From Symbiobacterium thermophilum (GTDB lineage Bacteria > Bacillota > Sulfobacillia > DYFQ01): a DNA stretch of 64,000 nt. Under the pieces are notes generated by a model, which searched no databases, had not been told where the DNA came from, and saw nothing but the letters and a program-made list of their open reading frames with translations. The position numbers and the translations under genes are program-made. Position 1 is the first letter of the stretch, and the number at the start of each line of letters is the position of its first letter. The stretch lies in the NCBI GenBank assembly GCA_020725105.1, contig DYFQ01000007.1, forward strand, positions 2,106-66,105, read 5' to 3'. This document shows, piece after piece, positions 28,426 to 39,308 of this stretch.

Positions 28426-29598
28426 ATGGGTGAAGACGAGCGGGGGCGCGCCGTGGCGGGCGACCGGAGGGCCCGCCGGCCGGCGGTCCGGCCCTGGCGC
28501 AAGCTCCGCCGGAAGCCGCCCGATTTTGCCCTCTTCCTGACGGCCGCCATCCTGCTGGGCATCGGGGTGGTGATGGTCTTCAGCTCCAGCTACGTGAAGG
28601 CGGACAGGCTCTACGGCGACCCGTATTACTACCTCAAGCGGCAGGTGGCCTGGGCCGGCGTCGGCCTGGTGGCCATGCTCGTCGCGCTTAACCTGGACTA
28701 CTGGCACCTGAGGCGGTGGGCCCGTCCCATCCTGGTGCTGGGCATCGTCCTCCTGGTCATGGTGCTCGTGCCCGGGGTGGGCCGGGCCGCGGGCGGCGCC
28801 CGGCGGTGGCTCGGCTTCGGTCCCGTGTCGTTTCAGCCTTCGGAGTTCATGAAACTCGCCGTGGTCATCTGGCTGTCGGCCAGCCTGACGGCGAGAGGCG
28901 CCCGGCTTCGCCAGTTCTCCCAGGGCACCTTGCCGTACATGGTCCTCCTGGCGCTCATCTTCGGGTTGGTGCTGCTCCAGCCGGACCTGGGCACCGCGGT
29001 GGCCATCGGCGGCACCAGCTTCCTGTTGCTCTTCTGCGCCGGGGTGCCCGTCGTCCACCTGCTGGCGGCAGGCGGCATCGGCCTGGTGGGCGTCGCCTGG
29101 GCCATCGTCACCGAGGAGTACAGGCTCCGGAGGTTTCTGGCCTTCCTCGATCCCTTTGCCGACCCGCTGGGTTCGGGGTTCCACATCATCCAGGCCCTCT
29201 ACGCCATTGGCTCGGGTGGCCTGTTCGGCCTGGGCCTGGGCAACAGCCGGCAGAAGTTCTTCTACCTTCCGGAGCAGCACACCGACTTCATCTTTGCCAT
29301 CCTCAGCGAGGAACTGGGCTTCATCGGCGGCGTCACCGTGCTGGGGCTGTACTTCTTCCTGGCCTGGCGCGGCTTCCGCATCGCGCTGGCCGCGCCGGAC
29401 ACCTTTTCGACCCTGCTGGCCGCCGGCGTCACCGGGATGCTCATCCTGCAGATCATCGTGAACATCGGCGTGGTCACCGCCACGCTGCCGATCACCGGCA
29501 TCCCGCTGCCGCTCCTGTCGTTCGGCGGCTCGAGTCTGGTGTTCTCCCTGGCCGGGATAGGGATCCTGATGAACATCTCGAGGTACCAGACGCAATGA
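28426..29598 (+). CDS. spoVE: SEDS protein SpoVE/FtsW
   Basis: GARRW, FQPSEFMK, QPDLGT, LPEQHTDFIF and SFGGSSL motifs. Confidence 0.9.
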   Translation: MGEDERGRAVAGDRRARRPAVRPWRKLRRKPPDFALFLTAAILLGIGVVMVFSSSYVKADRLYGDPYYYLKRQVAWAGVGLVAMLVALNLDYWHLRRWARPILVLGIVLLVMVLVPGVGRAAGGARRWLGFGPVSFQPSEFMKLAVVIWLSASLTARGARLRQFSQGTLPYMVLLALIFGLVLLQPDLGTAVAIGGTSFLLLFCAGVPVVHLLAAGGIGLVGVAWAIVTEEYRLRRFLAFLDPFADPLGSGFHIIQALYAIGSGGLFGLGLGNSRQKFFYLPEQHTDFIFAILSEELGFIGGVTVLGLYFFLAWRGFRIALAAPDTFSTLLAAGVTGMLILQIIVNIGVVTATLPITGIPLPLLSFGGSSLVFSLAGIGILMNISRYQTQ

Positions 29599-30809
29599 GC
29601 GACCCCCGCCCGCAGGGCGGCCGGACCAGGGGCAGGCCCGGGGCGGCCCGCGCCGGGGGACGCCGCCTCCGGGCGGTGGTCACCGGGGGCGGGACCGGGG
29701 GCCACATCTACCCGGCCCTGGCCGTGGCCCGCCGGCTGCTGGAACGGGTACCCCAGGCACGGGTAACCTACGTGGGAACCAGGGACGGGCTGGAGGCGTC
29801 CCTGATTCCCGGGAGCGGGATCGAGTTCTTCGGCATCCAGGCCGGCGGCCTGGCTCGCAAGGCACCGGCCGAGGCGGCGCGGGGGCTGTGGAAGATGGGC
29901 GCCGGCCTGGTGCAGGCGGCGCGCCTGCTCAGGTGGTTGAGGCCCGCCGTGGTCCTGGGTACCGGCGGGTACGCCTCGGCCCCGGTGGTGGCGGCCGCGG
30001 CCTGGCAGGGCATTCCCACGCTGCTGCACGAGCAGAACGCCTCGCCCGGCTGGGCCAACCGCTTCCTGGCCAGGTGGGCCGACCTGGTGGCGGTGCCATT
30101 CCCCGGGGCGGACAGGGCCTTCGGGCCGCGCGCCCGGACCCTGGTGACGGGCAACCCGGTCCGGCCGGAGATCCTCTCGGCCACGCGGGAGGAGGGCACC
30201 GCCCGCCTGGGCCTGGACCCGGCCCGGCCGACCCTGCTGGTGATGGGGGGGAGTCGCGGCGCGGAGCGGGTGAACCTGGCGGTGGCTCAGGCCCTGCCGG
30301 CCTTCTCGGACCCGGGCTCGGTGCAGGTGGTCTGGGTGACCGGTAGCCGCTACTTCCCGGCCATGGTCGCCAGGCTGAGAGAGGCTGGGATCGGCCCGGT
30401 AGAAGCCGGGGGCGAGGGGTCCGCCAGGGCCGGCCCGGCTCTCGTTTTCTCGTTCCTGGAGGAGATCTGGTGGGCCCTGGCGGCGGCCGACCTGGTGGTC
30501 GCCCGGGCCGGCGGGATCACCATCGCCGAGATAACCGCCAGGGGCCTCCCCGCCGTGCTGGTGCCGTCGCCCCACGTGGCCGGTCCCCACCAGCGGGAGA
30601 ACGCCGCGGTGCTGGGGGAGGCGGGCGCGGCGGTGGTGGTTGACGACGCCGAGTTCGACGGCCCGTTTCTGGTGCGCCTGGTGGGCGAGATTCTCGGTGA
30701 CGAGCCCCGCCGGCGCCGGATGAGCGAGGCCAGCCGGGCTCTGGGCAGGCCGGACGCCACCGACCGGCTGGTGGACGCCCTCCTGGACCTGGCCGGTGGG
30801 CGCGAGTAA
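29595..30809 (+). CDS. murG: Lipid II GlcNAc transferase
   Basis: GGGTGGHIYP, GGYAS, HEQN, GNPVR, GGSRGA and HQRENA motifs. Confidence 0.95.
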   Translation: MSDPRPQGGRTRGRPGAARAGGRRLRAVVTGGGTGGHIYPALAVARRLLERVPQARVTYVGTRDGLEASLIPGSGIEFFGIQAGGLARKAPAEAARGLWKMGAGLVQAARLLRWLRPAVVLGTGGYASAPVVAAAAWQGIPTLLHEQNASPGWANRFLARWADLVAVPFPGADRAFGPRARTLVTGNPVRPEILSATREEGTARLGLDPARPTLLVMGGSRGAERVNLAVAQALPAFSDPGSVQVVWVTGSRYFPAMVARLREAGIGPVEAGGEGSARAGPALVFSFLEEIWWALAAADLVVARAGGITIAEITARGLPAVLVPSPHVAGPHQRENAAVLGEAGAAVVVDDAEFDGPFLVRLVGEILGDEPRRRRMSEASRALGRPDATDRLVDALLDLAGGRE

Positions 30810-30888
30810 CCGGGTCCGGCCGGACGCTCATAAGATGAGGGGCGCCCGTGGCGCCCGTCCCTGGGGATACGGCGGGAGTGACGCGGGG

Positions 30889-31842
30889 ATGGCGAAGGGT
30901 GACGGCGCCGGGGAGGACCGACCCTGGTTGGCCGCACCGGTCCTTGCGGCAGCACGTAAGATGATCCGCGGCGAGGTGCTCGTCGCCGAGCCCATGAGCC
31001 GGCACACGTCCTGGCGAGTGGGGGGACCCGCGGACCTGTTCGTGAACCCGGTGGACCGGGCCGACCTGGAACAGGCGGTTGCCTTTGCCCGCCGGCACGG
31101 CATCCCCTACACCGTGCTGGGCCACGGCACCAACGTGCTGGTGCGGGACGGAGGCGTCAGGGGCATGGTCATCGCTTCGGGTCGCGCCCTGGACTACTGG
31201 TCGGTGGAGGGGACCCGGGTCCGGGCCGGCGCCGGCGTGTCCCTGCCGACGCTGGCCAGGCGAATCGCCCGGCACGGCCTGACGGGGCTGGAGTTCGGCG
31301 TGGGCATCCCGGGCACCCTCGGTGGAGCGCTGATGATGAACGCCGGGGCCGGGGGCGGGGACATGAGCCGGGTGGTCCGGTGGGTCGACATCCTCGACGA
31401 GGCCGGCGAACCGCGGCGACTCGGCCTGGAGGACCTGGGCTTCGGCTACCGGCGGTCCCGGCTGCAGGGACGGCGGTTGGTGATCCTGGAGGCCGAGATG
31501 CAACTGGAGCCGGACGATCCCGCCGCCATCCAGGCCCGGATGCAGCAGCACCTGGACTACCGGGCGCGGACGCAGCCCATCGGTACGGCCAACGCCGGCA
31601 GCGTGTTCAAGAACCCCCCGGGGGACTTCGCCGGACGGCTCCTGGAGCTGGCGGGCGCCAAGGGGATGCGGGTGGGGGGAGCGCGGGTGCCCGCCGAGCA
31701 CGCCAACTTCATCGTCAACGACGGCAGCGCCACCCCGGCCGACATACTGACCGTCATCGAAAGACTGCGGCGACTGGTGCGGCACCACCACGGCGTCGAC
31801 CTGGAGCTGGAGGTGGAGATCCTTGGCGAGGATGGCCGGTAG
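30889..31842 (+). CDS. murB: UDP-N-acetylmuramate dehydrogenase
   Basis: HTSWRVGGPA, GIPGTLGGALMMNAGA, AGSVFKNP and HANFIVN motifs; start approximate. Confidence 0.93.
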   Translation: MAKGDGAGEDRPWLAAPVLAAARKMIRGEVLVAEPMSRHTSWRVGGPADLFVNPVDRADLEQAVAFARRHGIPYTVLGHGTNVLVRDGGVRGMVIASGRALDYWSVEGTRVRAGAGVSLPTLARRIARHGLTGLEFGVGIPGTLGGALMMNAGAGGGDMSRVVRWVDILDEAGEPRRLGLEDLGFGYRRSRLQGRRLVILEAEMQLEPDDPAAIQARMQQHLDYRARTQPIGTANAGSVFKNPPGDFAGRLLELAGAKGMRVGGARVPAEHANFIVNDGSATPADILTVIERLRRLVRHHHGVDLELEVEILGEDGR

Positions 31843-33214
31843 CCGCCGCCCTGAACAGCGGCTGGTCATCGAAGGCGGGGTGCGCCTCAAGGGTACCGTG
31901 CGCGTCTCCGGGGCCAAGAACGCGATCCTGCCCATGCTGGCGGCGACCGTCCTTACCTCCGGCGAGTGCGTGTTCACCGGGGTCCCGCGGCTGCGCGACG
32001 TGGCGGTCATGGAGACCATTCTCCGGCGGCTGGGAGCGGCCGTCCGGTGGGAGACGGGGCCCGACGGCACCGGGGTGCTGCGGGTGTCGGCCCGGAATCT
32101 GTCCAGCCACCGGGTGAGCGAGGACCTGATGGGCGAGATGCGGTCGTCCATCTTCCTCATGGGCCCGCTCCTGGGCCGGCTGGGCCGGGCACGGGTCTCC
32201 ACCCCCGGGGGCTGCGCCATCGGTCCCCGCCCCATCGACCAGCACCTGAGGGGCCTGGCGGCGCTGGGGGCCACCATCAGGCAGCAGGGGGCCCACATCG
32301 AAGCCGAGGCGGCGTCGCTCGAGGGGACCGAGATTCACCTGGACATCCCCAGCGTGGGGGCTACCGAGAACCTGATCATGGCCGCGGTGCTGGCCCGGGG
32401 GACCACGGTCATCAGGAACGCCGCCCGGGAGCCGGAGATCGTCGACCTGCAGAACTTCCTGAACCGGCTGGGGGCCCGGGTGCGGGGGGCGGGGCGCGAC
32501 ACCATCAGGATCGACGGCGTCCGGCGGCTGGGCGGCGCGGAACACGCCATCATCCCCGACCGGATCGAGGCCGGCACCTTCATGGTGGCCGCCGCCATCA
32601 CCGGCGGCGAGGTGATCCTGGAGAACGTCATTCCCGAGCATCTGGAGGCGGTCATCGCGAAGCTGCGGGAAGCGGGCGTCGGGATCACCGAAGACCGGGA
32701 AGCGATGGTGCTCCGGGTCCGGTGGTCGTCGCGCCCCCGGGCCACCGACTTCAAGACCCTGCCCTATCCGGGTTTCCCCACCGACATGCAGCCGCAGGTG
32801 ATGGCGCTGGCGGCCGTCGCCGACGGCACCAGCGTGATCACGGAAAGCGTGTTCGAACAGCGCTTTGGCCACGTTCCGGAGCTCATTCGAATGGGGGCCC
32901 GGATCAAGACCGAAGGCCGGATCGCCGTGGTCGAGGGAGTCGAGCGACTGACGGGAGCGGCGCTGGACGCTCCCGATCTGCGGGCCGGCGCCGCCCTGGT
33001 CCTGGCGGGTCTCGCCGCCCGGGGCAGGACGGTGCTGCGCGGGGTCAACCACCTGGAGCGCGGCTACGAACGGTTCGAAGAACGGCTGAGGAGTCTGGGG
33101 GCCCGGGTCTACCGCCTGGCCTGGCCGCCTTCCGTCGGGTCGGTCGCCGGCGGCCGTCCGTCCGAGGGCGGGCAGGCGGAGGAGACGTCCCGGGCGGCCT
33201 GGGTGGCCGGGTAG
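31832..33214 (+). CDS. murA: UDP-GlcNAc 1-carboxyvinyltransferase
   Basis: SGAKNA, PGGCAIGPRPIDQH, DRIEAGT, PGFPTDMQ and DLRAGA motifs. Confidence 0.95.
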   Translation: MAGSRRPEQRLVIEGGVRLKGTVRVSGAKNAILPMLAATVLTSGECVFTGVPRLRDVAVMETILRRLGAAVRWETGPDGTGVLRVSARNLSSHRVSEDLMGEMRSSIFLMGPLLGRLGRARVSTPGGCAIGPRPIDQHLRGLAALGATIRQQGAHIEAEAASLEGTEIHLDIPSVGATENLIMAAVLARGTTVIRNAAREPEIVDLQNFLNRLGARVRGAGRDTIRIDGVRRLGGAEHAIIPDRIEAGTFMVAAAITGGEVILENVIPEHLEAVIAKLREAGVGITEDREAMVLRVRWSSRPRATDFKTLPYPGFPTDMQPQVMALAAVADGTSVITESVFEQRFGHVPELIRMGARIKTEGRIAVVEGVERLTGAALDAPDLRAGAALVLAGLAARGRTVLRGVNHLERGYERFEERLRSLGARVYRLAWPPSVGSVAGGRPSEGGQAEETSRAAWVAG

Positions 33215-33245
33215 ACCGGCCCGTTCCCCGGGGAAAGGGGCGGTC

Positions 33246-33980
33246 GTGCGGCCTTCCCGACTGGCCCTGTGGCTTTTGATCCTGCTCATTGCGTCGGCGG
33301 CGGGGACAAGCTACCTGCTGTCCCCGGCTTTCTTCCCCTCCCGTATCGAGGTGACGGGCAACTCGGTCGTTGCCGCCGAGACCATCCGCGACCTGGCCGG
33401 GATTCCCCTTGACCGCAGCATCTGGCAACTGGACCTGGGCGCCGCCGCCCGGCGGGTCGAGCACCACCCGCTCATCCGGACCGCCGTCGTGGAACGGCGG
33501 TGGGACGGGACGGTCCTGATCACGGTGGAAGAGCGGACCCCCTTCGCCGCGCTGCCCTACTTCGACGCATTCCTGCTGGTGGACCTGACCGGTGCGGTTC
33601 TCGAGATCCGGCAGGCGTTCCCGACAGGCTTCCCGCTGGTCACGGGCGTGGATCTCCCCGCCGTCGCGGTCGGCCAGCTGCTGGATTCAGGCCCGCTCCA
33701 GTGGGCCCTCGACACCCTCTTCTACCTTACCGAGGCGGGAAGGGGCGCCGTTTCCGAGGTTCACGTCGGCCCCGACCTCGAGATCACCCTTTACACCGTG
33801 GACGGGGCCAGGGTGCTCCTGGGCCGGGCCGACGCCCGCCTGTCGAGGAAACTTCAGTTCCTGGAAGGCATCCTCTGGGAATTGCAGGAAAAGGGAGAGG
33901 CCGCCGAGTACATTGACCTCAGGTATCCAGACCACCCGGTTATCAAACCGCGGCCGGCCCCCCGCAAGGACCCCGGCTAG
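33246..33980 (+). CDS. divIB: FtsQ/DivIB
   Basis: TM plus POTRA domain (IEVTGN...VEER) and C-terminal YIDLRY. Confidence 0.85.
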   Translation: MRPSRLALWLLILLIASAAGTSYLLSPAFFPSRIEVTGNSVVAAETIRDLAGIPLDRSIWQLDLGAAARRVEHHPLIRTAVVERRWDGTVLITVEERTPFAALPYFDAFLLVDLTGAVLEIRQAFPTGFPLVTGVDLPAVAVGQLLDSGPLQWALDTLFYLTEAGRGAVSEVHVGPDLEITLYTVDGARVLLGRADARLSRKLQFLEGILWELQEKGEAAEYIDLRYPDHPVIKPRPAPRKDPG

Positions 33981-34076
33981 ACAGCCTGCCGGTCAAGGCT
34001 TCAAGGACAGGACAGCCGCGGCGCGGTCCCCCAGCGGGGTCCGGCCGTCCTGTTGAAGTGCTGGGAGGTGCACCCC

Positions 34077-35351
34077 GTGGCCCGGCGGGAGGTCATTGTC
34101 GGCCTCGACGTAGGGACGCACAAGGTGGCCGCCGTCGCGGGCGAGGTGCGCCGTGACGGCACGCTGGCCATCACCGGGGTGGGCATCGCGCCCTGCAGGG
34201 GGATGCGCAAGGGGGTCGTCATCGACCTGGAGAGCACCGTGCGGGCCATCGGCACCGCCGTGGAGCAGGTGGAGCGGATGGCCGGGCTCAGGTGTGACGC
34301 GGCCGTGGTGGCCGTGGGCGGCAGCCACGTCGCCGCCACCGCCGGGCGTGGCGTGGTGGTGGTGGCCCGGGAAGACCGTGAAGTCACCGTCCGTGACGTG
34401 GAGCGCGTGGTGGAGGCGGCCCGGCCGGTCGACGTCTCGCCTGACCGGGAGGTGCTCCACGTCCTGCCCCGCGGCTTCACCCTGGACGGCTCGGGCGGCA
34501 TCCGCGACCCCGTCGGCATGCTGGGGCAGCGGCTCGAAGTGGAGGCCAACGTGGTCACCGCCGGCGTCACCGCGGTTCAGAACCTGTTGCGGTGCGTGTA
34601 CCGGGCCGGCCTGGCGGTGGAGGACGTGGTTCTGGCGCCCCTGGCGGCGGCCGAAGCGGTACTCACCCACGACCAGCGCGAACTCGGGGTCGGCCTGGTC
34701 GACCTGGGCGCCGGGACCACCGGCGTGGCCGTGTTCGACGCGGCCGGCCTGCAGCACGTGGCCGTGCTGCCGGTGGGCGGCGACCACATCACCGGCGACC
34801 TGGCGGTCGGGCTCAGAAGCCCCCTGGGCCGGGCCGAGGCCCTGAAGGTCGCATACGGCCTGGCGTCCGAGGGGCCCGAGCCCCAGGGCCAGGAAGGGCT
34901 CGGACAGCCGGAGCAGCCGGAGCGGCCTGAACAGAGCCGGAGGGGCGTGAACCCCAGGGCGGTGGCGGGCATCGTCGGCCCCAGGGTACAGGAGATCCTG
35001 TACCTCGTCGACCAGGTGCTCCGGCAGTCGGGCCGGCGCAACCTGCTGGGGGGCGGCGTGGTGGTCACCGGCGGTGGGGCGCTCCTGCGCGGGCTGGTGC
35101 CGGCGATGGAGGAGGCCCTGGAGTTACCGGTTCAGGTGGCGACCGCGCGTGGCGTGGCCGGCCTGGGCGACCTGGTGGCCACGCCGGCCCTGGCGGTGGC
35201 GGCGGGGCTGGTCCGCTACGCGGCCGGACTGCGCCTGGGGTCGGAGGTCCTGGGGGCCGGGCCCGCCGTCGGAGGGGAGGGAGCCCGGGATGGCGGGTGG
35301 ATGGTGGGAATGGTAGGCAGGGTTCGCAACTGGCTCAGAGAACTTCTCTAG
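34077..35351 (+). CDS. ftsA: Cell division protein FtsA
   Basis: [26 protein letters not shown] and VVTGGGALL motifs. Confidence 0.93.
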   Translation: MARREVIVGLDVGTHKVAAVAGEVRRDGTLAITGVGIAPCRGMRKGVVIDLESTVRAIGTAVEQVERMAGLRCDAAVVAVGGSHVAATAGRGVVVVAREDREVTVRDVERVVEAARPVDVSPDREVLHVLPRGFTLDGSGGIRDPVGMLGQRLEVEANVVTAGVTAVQNLLRCVYRAGLAVEDVVLAPLAAAEAVLTHDQRELGVGLVDLGAGTTGVAVFDAAGLQHVAVLPVGGDHITGDLAVGLRSPLGRAEALKVAYGLASEGPEPQGQEGLGQPEQPERPEQSRRGVNPRAVAGIVGPRVQEILYLVDQVLRQSGRRNLLGGGVVVTGGGALLRGLVPAMEEALELPVQVATARGVAGLGDLVATPALAVAAGLVRYAAGLRLGSEVLGAGPAVGGEGARDGGWMVGMVGRVRNWLRELL

Positions 35352-35425
35352 GCTTGAGAGGCGCTGTGGAGGAGCCGGAAGTGACGGCGGCCGGTGCCCG
35401 ATGGGGAGAAGCGGGGGAAGAGCCC

Positions 35426-36493
35426 GTGCTGGAACTGGAGATGGAGTCCGAGCATTTCGCCGTCATCAAGGTAGTCGGGGTTGGCGGCGGCGGCTCAAAC
35501 GCCGTGAACCGGATGATCCAGGAGGGCCTCAAAGGTGTGGACTTCATCGCCCTGAACACCGACGCCCAGGCGCTCTACCTGTCGAAGGCCCCCCACCGGA
35601 TCCAGCTGGGCCAGCAGGTCACCAAGGGCCTGGGGGCGGGGGGCGACCCCGAGATCGGCCAGCAGGCGGCCGAGGAGAGCCGAGAACAGATCCTGGCCAG
35701 CCTCAAAGGGGCCGACATGGTCTTCATCACCGCGGGGATGGGCGGCGGTACGGGAACCGGCGCCGCGCCCATCGTGGCGGAATGCGCCAGGGAAAACGGC
35801 GCCCTCACCGTCGGCGTGGTCACCCGGCCATTCACCTTCGAGGGCCATCGCCGTCAGGTCCAGGCCGAGCAGGGGATCGAGAATCTCAAGGGCCGGGTGG
35901 ACACCCTCATCACCATCCCCAACGACCGCCTGCTCCAGGTGGTGGACAAGAAGACCTCGATCCTGGAAGCTTTCCGGGTGGCCGACGACGTTCTGCGCCA
36001 GGGGGTGCAGGGCATCTCGGACCTGGTCACGGTGCCCGGGCTCATCAACCTCGACTTTGCCGATGTCCGGACCATCATGCGGGAGACGGGTACGGCGCTC
36101 ATGGGCATCGGCACGGCGGGCGGCGAGGGACGGGCGGCGGCGGCGGCCAAGGCGGCCATCGCCAGCCCGTTGCTGGAGACCAGCATCGAAGGGGCCCGCG
36201 GGGTCCTGCTCAACATCACCGGCGGGCCGGACCTGGGGCTGTTCGAGGTCAACGAGGCGGCCGAGGTGGTCGCCCAGGCCGCCGACCCGGAAGCCAACAT
36301 CATCTTCGGCGCCGTGATCGATGAGACCATCCGGGACGAGGTCCGGGTCACCGTCATCGCCACGGGCTTTGACTCGCGGCCCCGGCCCCGGGCCAGGCTG
36401 GCCGAACGGGAAGAAGACGGGCTTGACATCAAGCCCTTCTCCCTGGACGACCTGGACGTGCCGGCGTTTCTGCGCCGCCGGGCGGGCTCCTGA
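35426..36493 (+). CDS. ftsZ: Cell division protein FtsZ
   Basis: [23 protein letters not shown] and C-terminal LDVPAFLR motifs. Confidence 0.97.
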   Translation: MLELEMESEHFAVIKVVGVGGGGSNAVNRMIQEGLKGVDFIALNTDAQALYLSKAPHRIQLGQQVTKGLGAGGDPEIGQQAAEESREQILASLKGADMVFITAGMGGGTGTGAAPIVAECARENGALTVGVVTRPFTFEGHRRQVQAEQGIENLKGRVDTLITIPNDRLLQVVDKKTSILEAFRVADDVLRQGVQGISDLVTVPGLINLDFADVRTIMRETGTALMGIGTAGGEGRAAAAAKAAIASPLLETSIEGARGVLLNITGGPDLGLFEVNEAAEVVAQAADPEANIIFGAVIDETIRDEVRVTVIATGFDSRPRPRARLAEREEDGLDIKPFSLDDLDVPAFLRRRAGS

Positions 36494-36539
36494 GACCTGG
36501 CGAGACCGGCCGGGGGGTGACGGGATTCGGGCGTCCCGG

Positions 36540-36569
36540 TTGACAGGGGGCGCCGGCGCCTGCTAGAAT
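36540..36569 (+). promoter_or_regulatory. SigA-type promoter of the T-box/aroF unit
   Basis: TTGACA-18 nt-TAGAAT with a TG extended -10. Confidence 0.75.
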
Positions 36570-36594
36570 TCCGGTCAAGACATTGCGGGCAGCA

Positions 36595-36910
36595 CGGCCC
36601 AACGCGATGAGCGGGAGACCAGGCCAGGTCCGGAGCTGTAGAGAGCCGGTGGCTGGTGCGAACCGGCGCCCGGACCGACCCCGCCCCGGCGGGCGGGAAA
36701 ATACACCCGCGAGCGGCTGACCCAAAGGCCCCTTGGTTTCAGGGGGCCCGGTAGGCTCAGACGGTTCCCCACCGGTACCCGGGGCCGGGCATCGAGACGG
36801 GTCACGTCTCCGTGCCCGAGAACGAGGGGGCCCGGCCGGCGCGGCCGGGTCAACCAGGGTGGTACCGCGGAAGAGAAGGCTTTCGCCCTTGGGGCGAGGG
36901 CCTTTTTGTT
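36595..36910 (+). ncRNA. T-box riboswitch, Tyr (UAC) specifier
   Basis: GCGATGA, AGAGA and GGTGCGA stem I motifs; specifier TAC at 36702-36704; T-box AACCAGGGTGGTACCGCG at 36852-36869. Confidence 0.92.
36876..36910 (+). terminator. T-box attenuator terminator
   Basis: AAGGCTTTCGCCC-TTG-GGGCGAGGGCCTT followed by TTTGTT. Confidence 0.85.
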
Positions 36911-36930
36911 CTTGCAGGGAGGGGACGGCC

Positions 36931-38031
36931 GTGATCGTCGTCATGCAGCAGGGGGCGTCCGAGGAGCAGGTCCGCCGGGTGGCCGAGCGTCTGGAACGGG
37001 CGGGCTTCGGGATCCACATCTCCCGGGGGGTGGAGCGAACGCTCATCGGCGCCGTGGGCGACAAGCGCCTGACCGCCACCCTTGCCGTCGAGGCCATGGA
37101 GGGCGTGGACCGGGTGGTGCCCATCCTGCAGCCCTTCAAGCAGGTGAGCCGGGAGTTCAAGCCCGAGCCGAGCGTGGTGCGGGTGCGGGGCGTGCCCGTC
37201 GGCGGCGAAGAGGTGGTGGTCATTGCCGGGCCCTGCTCGGTCGAGAGCCGGGAGCAGATCCTGGCCACCGCCCGGGCGGTGAAGGCGGCCGGGGCGCGGC
37301 TGTTGCGGGGCGGCGCCTTCAAGCCGCGAACCTCGCCCTACTCCTTCCAGGGCCTTGAACTGGAGGGCCTGAAGCTTCTCGCCGAGGCCCGTGAGGAGAC
37401 CGGCCTGCCGGTGGTCACCGAGGTGACCGATCCCCGCCTCGTGGACGTGGTGGCCCGCCACGCCGACGTGTTGCAGATCGGCGCCCGGAACATGCAGAAC
37501 TACCAGTTGCTCAGGGAGGTGGGCCAGGCCTCGCGGCCGGTGCTGCTCAAGCGGGGGATGGCCTCCACGGTGGAGGAGTGGCTGATGGCGGCGGAGTACA
37601 TCGTGGCCGCCGGCAACCGGCAGCTGATCCTCTGCGAGCGCGGCATCAGGACCTTCGAGCCGGCCACCCGGTTCACCCTGGACCTGGGCGCGGTGGCGGT
37701 GGCCCGGCACCTCTCGCACCTGCCGATACTGGTTGACCCGAGCCACGCGGCGGGCAAGTGGCGGTGGGTGGGGGCGCTGGCCCGCGCGGGGCTGGCGGTG
37801 GGGGCCGACGGTCTCATCGTCGAGGTCCATCCCCGGCCCGAGGAAGCCCTCTCCGACGGCCCGCAGTCCTTGAACCTGGAGCGGTTCGGCCAGTTGATGG
37901 CGGAACTCTCAGCCCTGGCCCGGGCCATGGGCCGGACACTGGGGCCCGCGGCCGAGGCGCCCGGCGCCGGCGCCGGGGCCGCCGTGGCCCAAGGGGGGTC
38001 CCTGGGCCGGCCGGCCGCGTCCGCCGGATAA
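36931..38031 (+). CDS. aroF: DAHP synthase (type I-beta with N-terminal ACT-like domain)
   Basis: [43 protein letters not shown] and DPSH motifs. Confidence 0.95.
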   Translation: MIVVMQQGASEEQVRRVAERLERAGFGIHISRGVERTLIGAVGDKRLTATLAVEAMEGVDRVVPILQPFKQVSREFKPEPSVVRVRGVPVGGEEVVVIAGPCSVESREQILATARAVKAAGARLLRGGAFKPRTSPYSFQGLELEGLKLLAEAREETGLPVVTEVTDPRLVDVVARHADVLQIGARNMQNYQLLREVGQASRPVLLKRGMASTVEEWLMAAEYIVAAGNRQLILCERGIRTFEPATRFTLDLGAVAVARHLSHLPILVDPSHAAGKWRWVGALARAGLAVGADGLIVEVHPRPEEALSDGPQSLNLERFGQLMAELSALARAMGRTLGPAAEAPGAGAGAAVAQGGSLGRPAASAG

Positions 38032-38051
38032 CCGTCCGGTCGAACGGTGCC

Positions 38052-39182
38052 TCAGTGACCCGCGTCCTCCGCCGTCTCCGGGTTGATCCAGGCGGGCCGG
38101 CGCAGGGGCTCGGCCAGGTTCCCGGCGGCGGTGACCAGTTCGATGGGCAAGCCGTCGCCGCGGAGTTCCACCGCCTGAACGCCCGGGAAGCCGGTGAGGG
38201 TGAACACCAGGGCGTCCACGGCCAGGTTCAGCCGGCCCGGTTCGGCCGCCAGGGCCGCCACGGCGGCCGCGTCCAGGTCCACCTGGACCACCTGGCCGAT
38301 CTGCTCCAGGCCCCGGATGGCCAGGTTGTCGGGCAGGGTGGGAGCCAGCCTGTACTCGCCGGTCTCGATGCCCACCTTCAGGAGTTCGAGCGCGGCGCCC
38401 ATGGCTTCCCTGGCGGTGCTGGCCGCCACGGTGACGCGGGCCGGCACCAGGTAGACCCGGTCGCCGGCCTGGGCCGCCAGGTAGGCCACGACGGAGCGTG
38501 GGGTTGACGTCCAGTCAGGGGCCTCGAAGGGAGGCGTGGCCGTCAGGCCGTGGAACACCGTGTCCGTGGGACGGCCTTCCACCTGGAAGGTGATGCGCTG
38601 CACGGCGGGGTGGCCGCCCAGGGTCTGGATGAGGGCGGCCAGGGCCTGGGTGGAACCGGTAGACCCCCACCCGGTGGCGGCTGCCTGGGCCTGTTCCGTG
38701 AGGTCCATGGTCAGCGTGCCCTCGGTGAGCACCAGCTTCCGATACTCCAGGGCCGGGACCGACGCGATGAGTCCCGTGTCCGGAGCGGGACCGGCCAGGA
38801 GTTCGTCCAGGGTTGCCCGGATGATGGTCGGGGTGCGGCGGATGGTCCGCGACACGGGAACCAGGAGCCGCGCCTCCGGATCGGAGAAGAAGAGGGTTAC
38901 TTTGGTGGTGCCTTCAGGGGTGCTGGAAGCGGCCGGCACGTAGCGCCAGGCGGTCAGCCGGGGGCCGGTGGCCGGGGTGTCCGTCGCCGGAACCTGGTCG
39001 GGAGGCCCGAGACCCACCCACTCCAGGAACCGGCCCAGGTTGACCCAGTCCGCGACGGTGCGGACCACGGGAGCCGCGGTCAGCCTCAGGACCAGGTTCC
39101 CGGGGTCAAGCTGGGCAACGGTGGCCCAGTAGGCCAGCACCAAGAGGACTGTGGCCAGCACCAGCGACGTCACCTGACGCAC
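38052..39182 (-). CDS. gerM: GerM-like protein with two GerMN domains
   Basis: LFFSD...LLVPVSR...ELLAGP repeated as YLVPARV...ELLKVG and LVFTLTGFPGV. Confidence 0.7.
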   Translation of the reverse strand: MRQVTSLVLATVLLVLAYWATVAQLDPGNLVLRLTAAPVVRTVADWVNLGRFLEWVGLGPPDQVPATDTPATGPRLTAWRYVPAASSTPEGTTKVTLFFSDPEARLLVPVSRTIRRTPTIIRATLDELLAGPAPDTGLIASVPALEYRKLVLTEGTLTMDLTEQAQAAATGWGSTGSTQALAALIQTLGGHPAVQRITFQVEGRPTDTVFHGLTATPPFEAPDWTSTPRSVVAYLAAQAGDRVYLVPARVTVAASTAREAMGAALELLKVGIETGEYRLAPTLPDNLAIRGLEQIGQVVQVDLDAAAVAALAAEPGRLNLAVDALVFTLTGFPGVQAVELRGDGLPIELVTAAGNLAEPLRRPAWINPETAEDAGH

Positions 39183-39241
39183 GGCACGCCCCTCCTTCCG
39201 GACTTGGCCGGTTGGAAAACCCAGCCATCCCGGGCGTTTTC

Positions 39242-39270
39242 ATTACATGCCGGCCTGGCCCGGATTATGC
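39242..39270 (-). promoter_or_regulatory. SigE-type promoter of the gerM-like gene
   Basis: ATA-16 nt-CATGTAAT, close to the SigE consensus ATA-N16-18-CATAcanT. Confidence 0.5.
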
Positions 39271-39308
39271 CCCGTCCCGCGGCCAGGCCGGGCGAAGGCG
39301 GTGGGTCG

